A stretch of 64,000 nucleotides of DNA from an uncultured Planctomycetota bacterium (GTDB taxonomy: Bacteria > Planctomycetota > PLA2 > JAEUHO01): the NCBI GenBank assembly GCA_963752285.1, contig CAVVXN010000005.1, forward strand, positions 1,984,001 through 2,048,000, in the 5' to 3' direction. The first letter of the stretch is position 1, and every line of letters begins with the position of its first letter. Position numbers and translations under genes: made by a program. Shown here piece after piece: positions 48,604-59,200 of the stretch. The notes under the pieces were generated by a model that made no database searches, was not told the origin of the DNA, and was given only the letters and a program-made list of their open reading frames with translations.

Positions 48604-50622
48604 TCAGCGGGAGCGGCGCCCCGATTTCAGGTAGCGGTCGAACCAGCGGACGATGTGGCGGAGGCGCTCGATCCGGCGGTCCGTGCGGCCCGTCCGGGAG
48701 AGGCCGTGCGGCTCGTCGGGGAAGCGGACCATCTCGGTGGGGACGCCGAGGCGCTTCAACGCGACGAAGATCTGCTCGCCCTGCTCGATGGCGCAACGCA
48801 GGTCCTGCTCGCTGTGGATCACGAGCGTCGGCGTCTTGGCGTTCCCGATCGACTTCATGGGCGACCGGTCCCAGTACGCCTCGACCGCCTCCCACGGGGC
48901 CTGGTCCCCGACCTCCGCCTGGAAGATCCAGTTGAAGTCGCTCGAACCCCACATGCTGAGCATGTTGCTCACGCTGCGCTGGGTCACCGCCGCGCCAAAC
49001 CGGTCCGTATGCCCGATGATCCAGTTCGTCATGTAGCCGCCATAGCTCCCGCCCGTCACGCCCAGGCGGTTCGCGTCCACGTACGGGAGCTTCGCGACGC
49101 GCTCGGCGAACGCCATGACGTCGTCGTAGTCCACGGTCCCCCACGCGCCCCAGGTCGCCTTCGCGTGCGCCTCGCCGTAGCCGCGTCCGCCTCGCGGGTT
49201 CGAGAACGCCACGACGTAGCCCTGGGCGGCGAGGAGCTGGAACTCGTGCATGAAGATCCGCCCGTACTGGACGAGCGGACCGCCGTGGATCTCGACGATG
49301 GCGGCGTGCTTCTTCTTCGTCCTCGCACCCGGCGGACGGAGGACCCATCCCTGGAGCCGGTGGCCCCCCCCGCCCTCGAACCACAGTTCCTCCGTGCGAC
49401 CGAGGTCCACTCGCCGCAGCCAGGAGTTCGTCCGGGTGAGGACGCGCGTGTCGCCGCTCTCGAGGTCCCTCGTGCGGATCTGGCCCGGGTCGTCCATCTC
49501 GCCGAAGACGTACGTGACCCGACGCTCCTCCGGGTCGAGATCGTAGGCGCCGACCACGCCCGGGTCCCCGACGACGGTCCGAAGGTCGCTCCCGTCCACG
49601 GCCACGGAGAGGAGCTCCGTGTTCCCCTCGCGCGTCACCTGGAAGAAGATACGCGAACCGTCCTTCGACCACCGCGGCGGCGGGAAATCGGGCTCGCCGA
49701 CGTCGTTGATCGTCCACGCGGAGACGTGGACGTCGTAGGCCGCCGTGAGGTTCTGGGCGGGCCCCCTCCCGTCGAAGGGGACGACCCACAGCGCGTCGTT
49801 CCGCCACCACTGGTTCTTCCCCTCGATCCCCACGTACGCGACCCGCTTCCCGTCCGGCGAGACGGCGGGCAGCGTCTTCGCACCGACCGGCGTCGGGATC
49901 CGCCGGGGCTTGCCGCCGCGCGCGGGGATCGCGAAGAGGTCGATCTCCTCCGGGTCCAGATCCGGCTCGTCCGTGCGGTTCGAGACGTACACGAGGTGCT
50001 TCCCGTCGGGCGTGAACGCCGGCGCGAGCTCGTCGTGCACGGGGTCGTCCGTCAACGCCTGCGCACGTCCCGTCCTCGTGTCCACGAGCCACAGGTGCCA
50101 GCGCTCCTTCGGCAAGTGGCCCGCGCCGTCGAGCTTGAAGAACGTGCGCGTGACGTGCCGCGCCACGACGCCGAGCCTCCTCGCGCGCTCGTCCTTGTCG
50201 CGCTGGAGCTCCTCGGCGTCCTTCCTCCGGAAGACGATCACGAGGTGTCGTCCGTCGGGAGACCACTCGAGCGCCTGGAACGCGCCCTTCAGGTCCGTCA
50301 GCGGCCGCGCCTCGCCCCCGCCGAACGGGAGGAGGTGGACCTGGGGCTGCTTCTCGTCCTGCCGGTTCGAGACAAACGCGATCGTGCCCCCGTCGGGCGA
50401 CCACCGCGGCATCGTGTCGACGTGGTCGCCGTAGGTGAACCGCGCGGGGCGCCCGCCTTTCGTCGGGACGACCCAGAGGTCCTGGTATTTCTTCTCGCTC
50501 TCCCGGTCCACGCGCTCCACGGCGTAGACGACGTGCCGACCGTCGGCAGAGAGCCGGCTCCCCGCGATCCGTTCCAGTCGGTACAGGTCCTCGGCCGAGA
50601 TCCGGCGCTTCTTCGTGGGCAT
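48604..50622 (-). CDS. S9 family peptidase (acylaminoacyl/dipeptidyl peptidase)
   Basis: PD40 repeats (WSPDG); IHGGP, GGSYGG, D in EQDLRC and H in EPH. Confidence 0.93.
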   Translation of the reverse strand: MPTKKRRISAEDLYRLERIAGSRLSADGRHVVYAVERVDRESEKKYQDLWVVPTKGGRPARFTYGDHVDTMPRWSPDGGTIAFVSNRQDEKQPQVHLLPFGGGEARPLTDLKGAFQALEWSPDGRHLVIVFRRKDAEELQRDKDERARRLGVVARHVTRTFFKLDGAGHLPKERWHLWLVDTRTGRAQALTDDPVHDELAPAFTPDGKHLVYVSNRTDEPDLDPEEIDLFAIPARGGKPRRIPTPVGAKTLPAVSPDGKRVAYVGIEGKNQWWRNDALWVVPFDGRGPAQNLTAAYDVHVSAWTINDVGEPDFPPPRWSKDGSRIFFQVTREGNTELLSVAVDGSDLRTVVGDPGVVGAYDLDPEERRVTYVFGEMDDPGQIRTRDLESGDTRVLTRTNSWLRRVDLGRTEELWFEGGGGHRLQGWVLRPPGARTKKKHAAIVEIHGGPLVQYGRIFMHEFQLLAAQGYVVAFSNPRGGRGYGEAHAKATWGAWGTVDYDDVMAFAERVAKLPYVDANRLGVTGGSYGGYMTNWIIGHTDRFGAAVTQRSVSNMLSMWGSSDFNWIFQAEVGDQAPWEAVEAYWDRSPMKSIGNAKTPTLVIHSEQDLRCAIEQGEQIFVALKRLGVPTEMVRFPDEPHGLSRTGRTDRRIERLRHIVRWFDRYLKSGRRSR

Positions 50623-50673
50623 CGACGCTCCTCGCACGGGGAGCGCGGAGCGTAGCGCGACGCGCCCCCGGCG

Positions 50674-51435
50674 TCACCCGTGCGGCGCGAGGGTCTCGAG
50701 CTCGGCGAGGTACTTCGGGAGCATCGCCCGCCACGTCGTCCAGTCGTGGCGCCACTCGACGCCCCAGGGATCGACTCGGTTGGGGATCCCTCGGCTCCCG
50801 AGGACGTGGGCCATCCGCCACGACTCGGACGGGTCCTCCCACTCGCCTTCGCCGGTCGCCAGGATCAGGAACCGCTCGCGGAGCCGCGAGAGTTGGGCGG
50901 ACGCTCCCAGGTTGGGGAGGAAGTGCATCGGCGAGGAGAAGTAGAGGTCTTGCCCGTGGTCGGCCGGGTCCAGCCACTTCGACGGGTCGTACGTGCCGCT
51001 CATGCCGATCGCGAGGCAGAACAAGTCCGGGTGGCGGCAGAGCGTGGCGACCGCGTTGAACGCCCCGATCGACGCGCCCGCCACGACGATCGAGATGTCG
51101 GGCGTGCGACAGTCCTCACGGATCCACGGGACCAGCTCTCCCGCCACGAACCGGTCGAACGCATTCTGGACGTGCGGGTACCAGCCCGGCGGCCGTTCGC
51201 GCCGGCGTACGAGCGCCTGGCCGGCGAGGCTGTCGCACGAGTAGACCTTGACCCGCCCCGCGTCGATCAGCGGCGCGAGGGCCTGGATCATCAGGAACCG
51301 CTCGCACTCCTCGGCGTCGCCGCCCGCGGTCGGGAAGAGGAGAACCGGCACCCCGAACGTGCCCCACCGGCAGCAGCCGACCTCGCTTGAGAGATGCTGG
51401 GAGGCGATCTGGATCGAAAGCTTCGTGTCGCTCAC
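50674..51435 (-). CDS. Alpha/beta hydrolase (putative esterase)
   Basis: FPTAGGD, GASIG nucleophile elbow and HDW; GTGA coupling to the upstream gene. Confidence 0.85.
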   Translation of the reverse strand: MSDTKLSIQIASQHLSSEVGCCRWGTFGVPVLLFPTAGGDAEECERFLMIQALAPLIDAGRVKVYSCDSLAGQALVRRRERPPGWYPHVQNAFDRFVAGELVPWIREDCRTPDISIVVAGASIGAFNAVATLCRHPDLFCLAIGMSGTYDPSKWLDPADHGQDLYFSSPMHFLPNLGASAQLSRLRERFLILATGEGEWEDPSESWRMAHVLGSRGIPNRVDPWGVEWRHDWTTWRAMLPKYLAELETLAPHG

Positions 51436-52673
51436 GAGGGGCGGCCCTCCTCTTCGCGCCAGCGCTGGATGAGCGCCCAGAAGCGGTCCGTGAACTCGTC
51501 GATCTCGTGGCGGGGAAACAAGGCGGCGACCTTCTGGTGCACGGCGTCCTTCGCGAACGCCGCCCCGAACGCCTCCCACGCGACCTCGTCCAGGTGGGCG
51601 AGGTGCCGTGCGCAGAAGGACTCGAACGCGTCCACGTCGAGCCGGGCGCGGGCGATCGCCGCGTACGCGGCGAGCTTCTCGCGCGCGGGGCGGTCCTCCC
51701 GGGCGACCTCGAAGTACGGCTCCCAGTCGGTGGCCTTCTGCATGCGACGGCGCGTCGCGGCCGCGAAGACCGCCCACCGGACCTTCGCCTTCACGAGCCA
51801 CGGAAAGTGGTAGTGGAGGGACGTCACCTGCGAGTCGGGACACGCGTTCGCGAAGTCGATCGGGTAGAAGACGCCGTCCTGTCGGAGGGCCTCGCAGGAG
51901 TTGAAGTCCCAGCCGAAGAAGGTGTTGATCGTGAGCGTCATGTCCTCGAGAAGGGATCGCTCGTCGGGCGTCACGAAGTCCTTGTCGAGCGTGTACCGCT
52001 CGTGGAGCGGCGCGGCGGGGTCGTAGCGCATCACCCGCGTCTGCGGGCCTACCGCGAGGCAGCGCACGAACAGGTCGTGGGGCTCGACCGCGCGCTGGAG
52101 GTGCATCACGCGCTTCCCGCTCTGCTCGTAGGCGGCGCGCAGTCCGGCCTCGTCGTCGATGCGACTCACGCCGACCCAGGCGCCGCCGTCGTACGGCTTC
52201 ATGTAGAGCGGGTATCCGACCTTCTGTCCGATCTCGCCCAGGTCGAAGAGACGCGCGTAGCGGCGCAGCGTCACCTCGAGGTCGTCGCGGGGCTCGTAGT
52301 CCTTCGGCGGGAGCATCCAGGTCGCCGGGACCGGCAGGCCGAGGCGCATCATGGCCACGTACGACGTGTGCTTCTCCATGGACTGGATCGCCCACGGGTT
52401 GTTGAGCACGTACGTGTCGTTCATGAGAACGATCTTCTTGATCCACTCGCGGCTCGTGTGATACCAGTGCGTCAGTCGGTCGAGCACGACGGCGTACCGA
52501 CAGGGCTGGCGCAGGTCGAACGGCTCGATCGTGACGCGTTCGACCTCGAACCGAATGCGCTCGCCGCCCACCGGGATCTCGAGGTCGAGCCGCCGGACGA
52601 TCTCCTCGAAGAGGAGCGGCCAGCAGATGTCGGCCCCGAGCGACAGACCGATCCGCCGCGTGATCGTGCCCAC
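51432..52673 (-). CDS. ATP-grasp (RimK/glutathione synthetase-like) protein
   Basis: NNP...EK, GYPLYMKPYDGGAW, LQRAV, NSCE and IDFANACPD motifs. Confidence 0.8.
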   Translation of the reverse strand: MGTITRRIGLSLGADICWPLLFEEIVRRLDLEIPVGGERIRFEVERVTIEPFDLRQPCRYAVVLDRLTHWYHTSREWIKKIVLMNDTYVLNNPWAIQSMEKHTSYVAMMRLGLPVPATWMLPPKDYEPRDDLEVTLRRYARLFDLGEIGQKVGYPLYMKPYDGGAWVGVSRIDDEAGLRAAYEQSGKRVMHLQRAVEPHDLFVRCLAVGPQTRVMRYDPAAPLHERYTLDKDFVTPDERSLLEDMTLTINTFFGWDFNSCEALRQDGVFYPIDFANACPDSQVTSLHYHFPWLVKAKVRWAVFAAATRRRMQKATDWEPYFEVAREDRPAREKLAAYAAIARARLDVDAFESFCARHLAHLDEVAWEAFGAAFAKDAVHQKVAALFPRHEIDEFTDRFWALIQRWREEEGRPS

Positions 52674-52699
52674 GAGTCCCTCCGCGCCGTCCCGAGCGC

Positions 52700-53839
52700 T
52701 CAATCGTAGACGAGGCCCAGTGGCCCGGGGAAGAGCCAGCTCAGGCTCTCGCGCAGGCGGTCGCGCCAGTTCTCCCAGTTGTGACCGTCCCGCGCCTCGA
52801 CGTACCGGACGTCCATGGCGGTCTGCTGCAGGAGGGAGACCAGGGAGCGGTTCTCGTAGATCAGCGCCTCGTACGTGCCGCACGTGACGAAGATGCGTTC
52901 GGAGAAGCGCCCGGGTGCGGCGCGGAACCCGTTCACGAACCGCACGATCGGGTCGAAGGCCGGCGGCCGGGCGCTCCGCCCGATGTCGGTGAAGGCGAAC
53001 GACCCCGACTGGAGCAGGAGCCGCCCCACGACGCCCGGATGTCGCCACGCGGCGTACAGGGCGGCCACCGCGCCGAGGCTTGCGCCCATGAGCCCGAGGG
53101 AGGCGCGGCCGGGACGGACGGGGTAGCGCGAGGAGAGGAGCGGAACGAGCTCCTCCACGACGTGGCGGGCGTGGTCGGGGTTCGCCGCGTACTCCACCAT
53201 CCGGTCGGCCGGACGGCAGAGCGCCACGACCATCGGCGCGACCTCGTTGCGGTAGATCAGGTTGTCGAGGACGATCCGGAGCCCCGCGTACTCGACGTAC
53301 TCGGGCCCGTCGAACACCACGAGCAGCGGGTAACGCCGCGACCTCCGCAGCCGGCGCGGGAGGTAGACGTGGACCTCGCGCTGCCCGTTCAGGGAGGGGG
53401 CGGGCACCATGATCTTCTCGACGCGCCCGCCTTCGACCGACGGGTCCGGTCGGATCCACGACGGCGTCTCGTAGCCGCTCCCCTGGCAGACCGAGTTCGC
53501 GCCGAAGGGGTCGCGCGCGAGGAGCGGGTTCAGAGGATCCCGGATCCACGTCGTCTCGGCGCCCCGGACGACCTCGAGCTTGTACTCGATCCGCGACCCG
53601 GGCGGAACGTCCACGACGAGGTACCAGAGCGTCGTGCTCGCCACCCGGAGGAAGGGCTGCGAGGTCGGGAGGCCGTACACGAAGTGACGGAGGCGGACGT
53701 CGTCGGCGTCGCCACGGTAGAGGAACGTGATCGACGGCCCTTCCACGATCGGCACCGCGCGGTCCGCGAGGAAGCGGTCTACCGCCGCCTCGTCGAGGGG
53801 GCCCTCGCCCTCCAGGAAGTCGAGGATCGCGACGGTCAT
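52700..53839 (-). CDS. Esterase with N-terminal Ig/CBM48-like domain (Fes-like architecture)
   Basis: ITFLYRG...LWY....IEYKL...WIRDPLNP; YLP, GASLG and GHNW. Confidence 0.85.
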   Translation of the reverse strand: MTVAILDFLEGEGPLDEAAVDRFLADRAVPIVEGPSITFLYRGDADDVRLRHFVYGLPTSQPFLRVASTTLWYLVVDVPPGSRIEYKLEVVRGAETTWIRDPLNPLLARDPFGANSVCQGSGYETPSWIRPDPSVEGGRVEKIMVPAPSLNGQREVHVYLPRRLRRSRRYPLLVVFDGPEYVEYAGLRIVLDNLIYRNEVAPMVVALCRPADRMVEYAANPDHARHVVEELVPLLSSRYPVRPGRASLGLMGASLGAVAALYAAWRHPGVVGRLLLQSGSFAFTDIGRSARPPAFDPIVRFVNGFRAAPGRFSERIFVTCGTYEALIYENRSLVSLLQQTAMDVRYVEARDGHNWENWRDRLRESLSWLFPGPLGLVYD

Positions 53840-54804
53840 CGCCCGCGCGCGTCCTCGAGCGTCTCCTCCAAGGCGTCCTCGAGCGTGCCGTCGAGGCCGA
53901 GGCGCCAGGCGCCGCCCGCCGCGCTCGTGATGCGCTCGCCGTCGATCCGCACGCCGCACCCGGGGTCGAGGACGATCCCCCGCTCGGGAAGGAGGCGGCG
54001 CGCGAGCGTCTCGACGCGTGTCCGGTCCTCGATCGCGAGTCGCGCGCTCGCGTCCGGGAGCAGCACGACGCCCGAGACGAGCGCGAGGCCCCGGCCCATC
54101 ACCTCGGCGTGGCCCTCGCCCTGCGGGGGGCGGTCGTGGAAGAGGAGGATCCGCTCGGCGAGGGCCATCGCGCCGCCGGACCACGCGAAGCAAGGGCGCG
54201 TCGCCAGCGCGTCGGCGAGCCCGAAGAGGCGGAGCCGGTTCCTGAGGATCGGCACGTGTCCGCCCGCGACGAGCACCGCGGCCGCGCCGTCGATCACGCG
54301 TCGCATCTGCTCCGCCGGCACCCGGATCGCGTCGCGCTCGCCCGGCCGCCACCGATCGGCGAACTCGGTCTCGATCGCCTCCGCCCGCTCGAGGTGCCCT
54401 CGGTCGAGCGCACGCACCATCTCGAGGGCGTCGGAGAGCTCCCCCGCGAGCACACGGGACGGCCCCCCCGCGACCCGGAGCTCCGCCCGCGCCACGAGGA
54501 GGTGCCCGAGCCGGGTCCGGTACGCGGCCTGGGACGCGCGGAGGAGCGCACGCCGGGCCCGATACGCCTCGAGCAGCTCCCGGTCCCGGGCGAAGGCGAT
54601 CTCCGCGGCGTGGTGCAGGCGGAGGTTCTCGACGGGGCGTCCCACGGCGCGGTCCAGGCGCTCGGTCTCGCCCTCGCGATCCTCCCAGCCGGCCGTGATC
54701 GCCGCCAGGGGCCCCGCGACGCCGGCGGCGGCGAGCGCCGCGGGGAGCGTCGGGTCCGAACGCTGTGGGCCGAGCAGGACGACCGTGGGGGGTACCGCAT
54801 GCAC
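53836..54804 (-). CDS. Peptidase S51/class I glutamine amidotransferase-like hydrolase
   Basis: ITAGW, LVAGGH and AWSGGAM (Ser nucleophile elbow); GLALV..VVLLP-D, with Asp where S51 enzymes have His. Confidence 0.7.
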   Translation of the reverse strand: MHAVPPTVVLLGPQRSDPTLPAALAAAGVAGPLAAITAGWEDREGETERLDRAVGRPVENLRLHHAAEIAFARDRELLEAYRARRALLRASQAAYRTRLGHLLVARAELRVAGGPSRVLAGELSDALEMVRALDRGHLERAEAIETEFADRWRPGERDAIRVPAEQMRRVIDGAAAVLVAGGHVPILRNRLRLFGLADALATRPCFAWSGGAMALAERILLFHDRPPQGEGHAEVMGRGLALVSGVVLLPDASARLAIEDRTRVETLARRLLPERGIVLDPGCGVRIDGERITSAAGGAWRLGLDGTLEDALEETLEDARGR

Positions 54805-54907
54805 GGGCGAGATGGTAGATCACGCTTCCCCCGCGGGAAGGGACGCTCTCGGCGGCCCGGCTCGTGGCCTCGGCCAGGCGCCTCGCGGGGTGGACGGGAG
54901 GCCCGCC

Positions 54908-56128
54908 GTGCACGTCGTCTTCGTGGAGCCGCGCTTTCCCTCGAACCAGCGCGAGTTCGTGCGCGGGCTCGCGTCCGTGGGCGCGCGCGTGACCGGGATC
55001 GGCGAGGCGCCGGTCGAGCACCTGGACCCGGAGCTCAAGGGCTGGCTCTCGGACTACGTGCGCGTGGGGTCGGTCTGCCACGAGGACGAGATGCTCGAGG
55101 CCGTGCGCCGGATCCAGGCGGCGGGCTGGGTGGACCGCCTCGAGGCTACGGTCGAGGCGCACATCCTTCCCGTGGCGCGCGTGCGCGAGGCCACGAAGAT
55201 CCCGGGAACGTCCGTTCGCACGGCGTATCTCTGTCGCGACAAGCCCGCGATGAAGGAAGCGCTCCGCGAGGCCGGGGTCGCCACCGCGCGGTCCACCGGC
55301 GCCGCCTCCTCGGACGACGTGCGCCGCTTCGCGAAGGAGGTCGGCTACCCGCTCATCTTGAAGCCGCCGAGCGCCGCGGGGGCCGCGGGGACGATCCGCG
55401 TGGACGACGAAGGAGCGCTCACGCGCGCGCTCGCCGAGACCGGCGTGGACCGCGGCCAAACGGTCGCGGTCGAGGAGTTCGTCGAGGGCCACGAGGCGTT
55501 CTACGACACGCTCGCAATCGACGGCCACGTAGGGCACGACTTCATCTCGCACTACTACCCCGGCGTGCTCGAGGCGATGCGCACGCGATGGATCTCTCCG
55601 CAGATCGTGGTGACGAACCGCATGGACGCACCGGCGTACCAGGAGGTCCGCGCGCTCGGGCTTCGCGTGATCGAGGCGCTCGGCATCGGCACCTCGGCGA
55701 CCCACATGGAGTGGTTCTTCGGACCGAAGGGCCTCAAGTTCTCCGAGATCGGGTGCCGCCCGCCGGGCGTCGGGCAGTGGGACCTCTACTGCGCGGCGAA
55801 CGAGATGGACCTGTATCGCGAGTGGGCCATGGCGGTCGTCCACGGCCGGACCGACGCCCGGCCCACCCGTCGCTACGCGGCGGGCATGATCGCGCTCCGA
55901 CCCGACCGGGACGGGCGGATCGTGGGCTACGACGGCGCGGAGCGGGTGTTCGAGCAGATCCGCGACCACGTGATCCACGCCCACCTGCCGGCCCCCGGCA
56001 CCCCCACGCAGCCGGTGGAGGCGGGATACAAGGCGAACGCCTGGATCCAGGTGCGCCACCCCGACTACGACGAGGTCCGCCGGATCCTCGACTTCGTGGG
56101 CGAGAACCTGAAGGTCCGCGCCGCGTAG
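54908..56128 (+). CDS. ATP-grasp amino acid ligase-like protein
   Basis: RDKPAMK, GYPLILKP, VEEFVEG, THMEWF and SEIGCRPPG motifs. Confidence 0.88.
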   Translation: MHVVFVEPRFPSNQREFVRGLASVGARVTGIGEAPVEHLDPELKGWLSDYVRVGSVCHEDEMLEAVRRIQAAGWVDRLEATVEAHILPVARVREATKIPGTSVRTAYLCRDKPAMKEALREAGVATARSTGAASSDDVRRFAKEVGYPLILKPPSAAGAAGTIRVDDEGALTRALAETGVDRGQTVAVEEFVEGHEAFYDTLAIDGHVGHDFISHYYPGVLEAMRTRWISPQIVVTNRMDAPAYQEVRALGLRVIEALGIGTSATHMEWFFGPKGLKFSEIGCRPPGVGQWDLYCAANEMDLYREWAMAVVHGRTDARPTRRYAAGMIALRPDRDGRIVGYDGAERVFEQIRDHVIHAHLPAPGTPTQPVEAGYKANAWIQVRHPDYDEVRRILDFVGENLKVRAA

Positions 56129-56228
56129 GCTCGCGGCCCGGTTCGGTGGACTACACCGGCGAGGCGGCGCGTCGTATCCTCCGGGAAGGTCCCGTCGTCC
56201 TCGGGACCGGACCGGGAGGAGAGGCGCG

Positions 56229-59200
56229 ATGCGGCGATGGCTCCCCTGGCTCCTCGTGCTCGCGGCCGGCGCCGCGGTCGCGTTCCTCGCGCTTCCCATG
56301 CTCGAAGGGAGCCGGCCGGCGCCGGGAAGCCCCGACCTCCGAGGGGACGCCGCCACCGCGAAGGAGACCGAGGGCGCAACGCTGCGGGGAACCGGTGAGG
56401 CCGGCCCGGGGACCTCGGCGTCCGACGCTCGGTACCGGGTCCTGGGTCGGGTGATCGACGAGGAGGGCCACCCCGCGGCCGGCGTGCGTGTCACGATCGA
56501 GCGCGGGGCCCACGTAGAGGGCAAGGCGGGATGGCTCCGCTGGTACCTCCAACGGGTCGTCACGGGCGACTCCGACCCGGTAGAGCAGGTCGGGGAAGCG
56601 ACCTCGGCGGCGGACGGCTCGTTCTCGTTCGCCCTCGCGGAGGGCGGTTCGCTCCGCGTCTTCGCGAAGCCCGACCCGCCGCGGTGCGGGTCGCGGTCCT
56701 CGGTGTGGGTCTCGGACGAGCAGACGGGAGCGAAAGTCACGCTCCACGTCACCGCCGGCGTCTCGCTCGCGGGTCGCGTCGTGGACGAAGCCGGACACGG
56801 CGTCGCGGCCCAGGTGTCGGCCTCCCTCGCCGTCCAGAACGTGTGGTACCAGACCCGACCCGTGACGGCGGCCGCTGCGGACGGAACGTTTCACCTCTTC
56901 GGGATGCCCGCCGGGACGTGGCGGCTGGCGATCTCGATCCCGCCTCGCCTGCAGCTCGCGGGGATCGAGGTCCAGGTCCCGCGCGACGGCGAGTTCGTCT
57001 ATCGCCTCGGCGAGGGAACGGGCGGCGTCGGCGGTCGCGTGACGAACGAGAGCGGGGCGGCGGTGGCCCACGCGGAGGTCTTGGTCCAGACGACCGCCGT
57101 CGAGGCCGGGGGCGCCTCGCCGAGCGCCTCCGAGCGCGCCGCCACGGACGCGGACGGCCGCTACGAGGTCCGGGGCGTCGTCGCGGGAAGGATCTCGATG
57201 GTGGGCGTCGAGGCGGACGGGCTGCTCCCCTACCTCGAGACCCCGCCCCGTGCGCCGTGGAGCGGCGCGGCGGTGAAGGCGGGCGAACGCACCGAGATCG
57301 ACATCGTCCTGCGCGCCGGCGCGGCGGTCACCGGACGGGTCTTCGACGAGAAGACGAACGCGGGCCTCTCGGGCGCGGACGTCCGCGCGTTTTCCGCCCG
57401 CGGCTACGGCGGGAGGCGATGGGGCGGCGAGACCGATCTCGCCGCCACGACGGATGCGAGCGGGCACTACCGGATCGAAGGGCTCGTGGCGGGGACGTAC
57501 CTGCTCGTCGCGCACCACGCCACGCACTACCTGCCGGGGCTCTTCGCGCCTCGGACGATCCAGGTCCATCGCCCGGGGCTGGTGGCGCAGGTGAACGTCC
57601 CGCCTCCGACCCTCGAGGTGGTGATCTCGGGTGGCACGAAGCAGGTCGAGCGCGACCTCGCGATGCGCGCAGGCTGCTCGGTTCACGGGACGGTGCTCGG
57701 CCCGGACGACCAGCCGGTGGAGGGCGCGCGTCTCCGCTCGGGCGACGCCGCCCTCGGCAACGCGGTGGCGAACCTGGGCTACGACGCGGGCAACGATCTC
57801 TGGACCCTGGGGACGACCGACGCATCGGGACGCTTCGAGATGCACGACCTCCCGGCGCGCCCGGGGCTCGTCCTCGTCGCCACCCACGAGGGATACGTGG
57901 CCGGCGCGTCGGACTCGCTGGCCCTCGACGCGTCGAGCGAGCCGCCCGCGATCGAGATCCACCTCGGTCACGGGGCGACGATCCTCGGCCGGTACCTCGA
58001 CGCGAACGGCCAGGGCGCAGAGGGAGAGGTGTACGCCTACGCCACGCAGTACGAAGGGGTCTTCACCTCGGGCCCGCGGGAAGCCACGGACGCCGACGGG
58101 AGCTTCCGGCTCGAGGACGTTCCCCCGGGAACGGTTCGGCTGAGCGCGTGGGGCTCGGCGGGGTCGCTCCAGCTGCTGGTCGAGAAGCTCCAGCCGGGTG
58201 AGACGCGGGAGGGCGTCGTGCTCCAGGTCGCGGCCGGCGTCCGCGTCTCCGGCGTCGTCGTCGACCCGGACGGAGCGCCGGTCCCGGGCCGCAACCTGAC
58301 GCTCACGCCGAGCGGCGATCCGAACGGCGGCGCGAACCGGAGCGCCACGACCGACGCGCAGGGCCGGTTCACGTTCGAGAACGCCCCCGCCGGCAAGGTA
58401 CAGATCCAGGTCTCGGAGCTGAGCGAGGAAGGGTACGGGCAGAACGTGAACCTGGGTCCGGCGTTCGAGGCGCCGGCGGACGACGTACGGCTCGTCTACA
58501 CGCCCGTCCCGAAGCTCGACGTGAGCGGCCGTGTGCTGGATCCCCGGGGCGCGCCCGTGCCCATCTGTCGGGTCACGATCGAGGCATCGGGCTCGCGGCG
58601 CCAGAACTACGGCTGGAACGGCTACCGGGGAGGCGACGAGGTGGTGGACGGGACCTTCCGTCGCCGGGTCGATGGGACGTTCCCCATCTCGGTCACCGTC
58701 TCGGAGGCGCGGGACGCCGCCGGCGCGCCCCTCAACGTGCGCGGCCAGACGACGCGGGTGGAGGACGCCGCGGGCCTGCCCGTGACGATCCGGCTCGAGT
58801 CCGGCCTGGAAGTCACGGGTCGGGTCCTCGGACCCTCGGGCCAGGGCGTACCGGAAGTCGTGGTGCAATCGACCGGGCAGCGCGCGTGGACCGACGCGGA
58901 CGGCCGGTTCACGCTCCCGGGCGTGGACGACGGCGCGGACACCCTCGAGGTCTCGGCGCCCGAGGACTACGTGCAGCCCCAGAACATCGCTCTCACCGCG
59001 GGTCAACGCACGGTCGAGATCCGGCTGGAGCGGGCCCTCGCGATCTCCGGCTCGGTGGAGGGACCGGACGGGAAGCCGGTCACGAGCTGCTGGGTGCAGG
59101 CTCGGTGGCATCGCCGAGACGAGAAGGAGGAGAAGTTCCTCGGCGCCCAGGTCGAGGGAGGACGGTTCGAGGTCAGGGGCCTGCCCGAAGGCGCCGTCGC

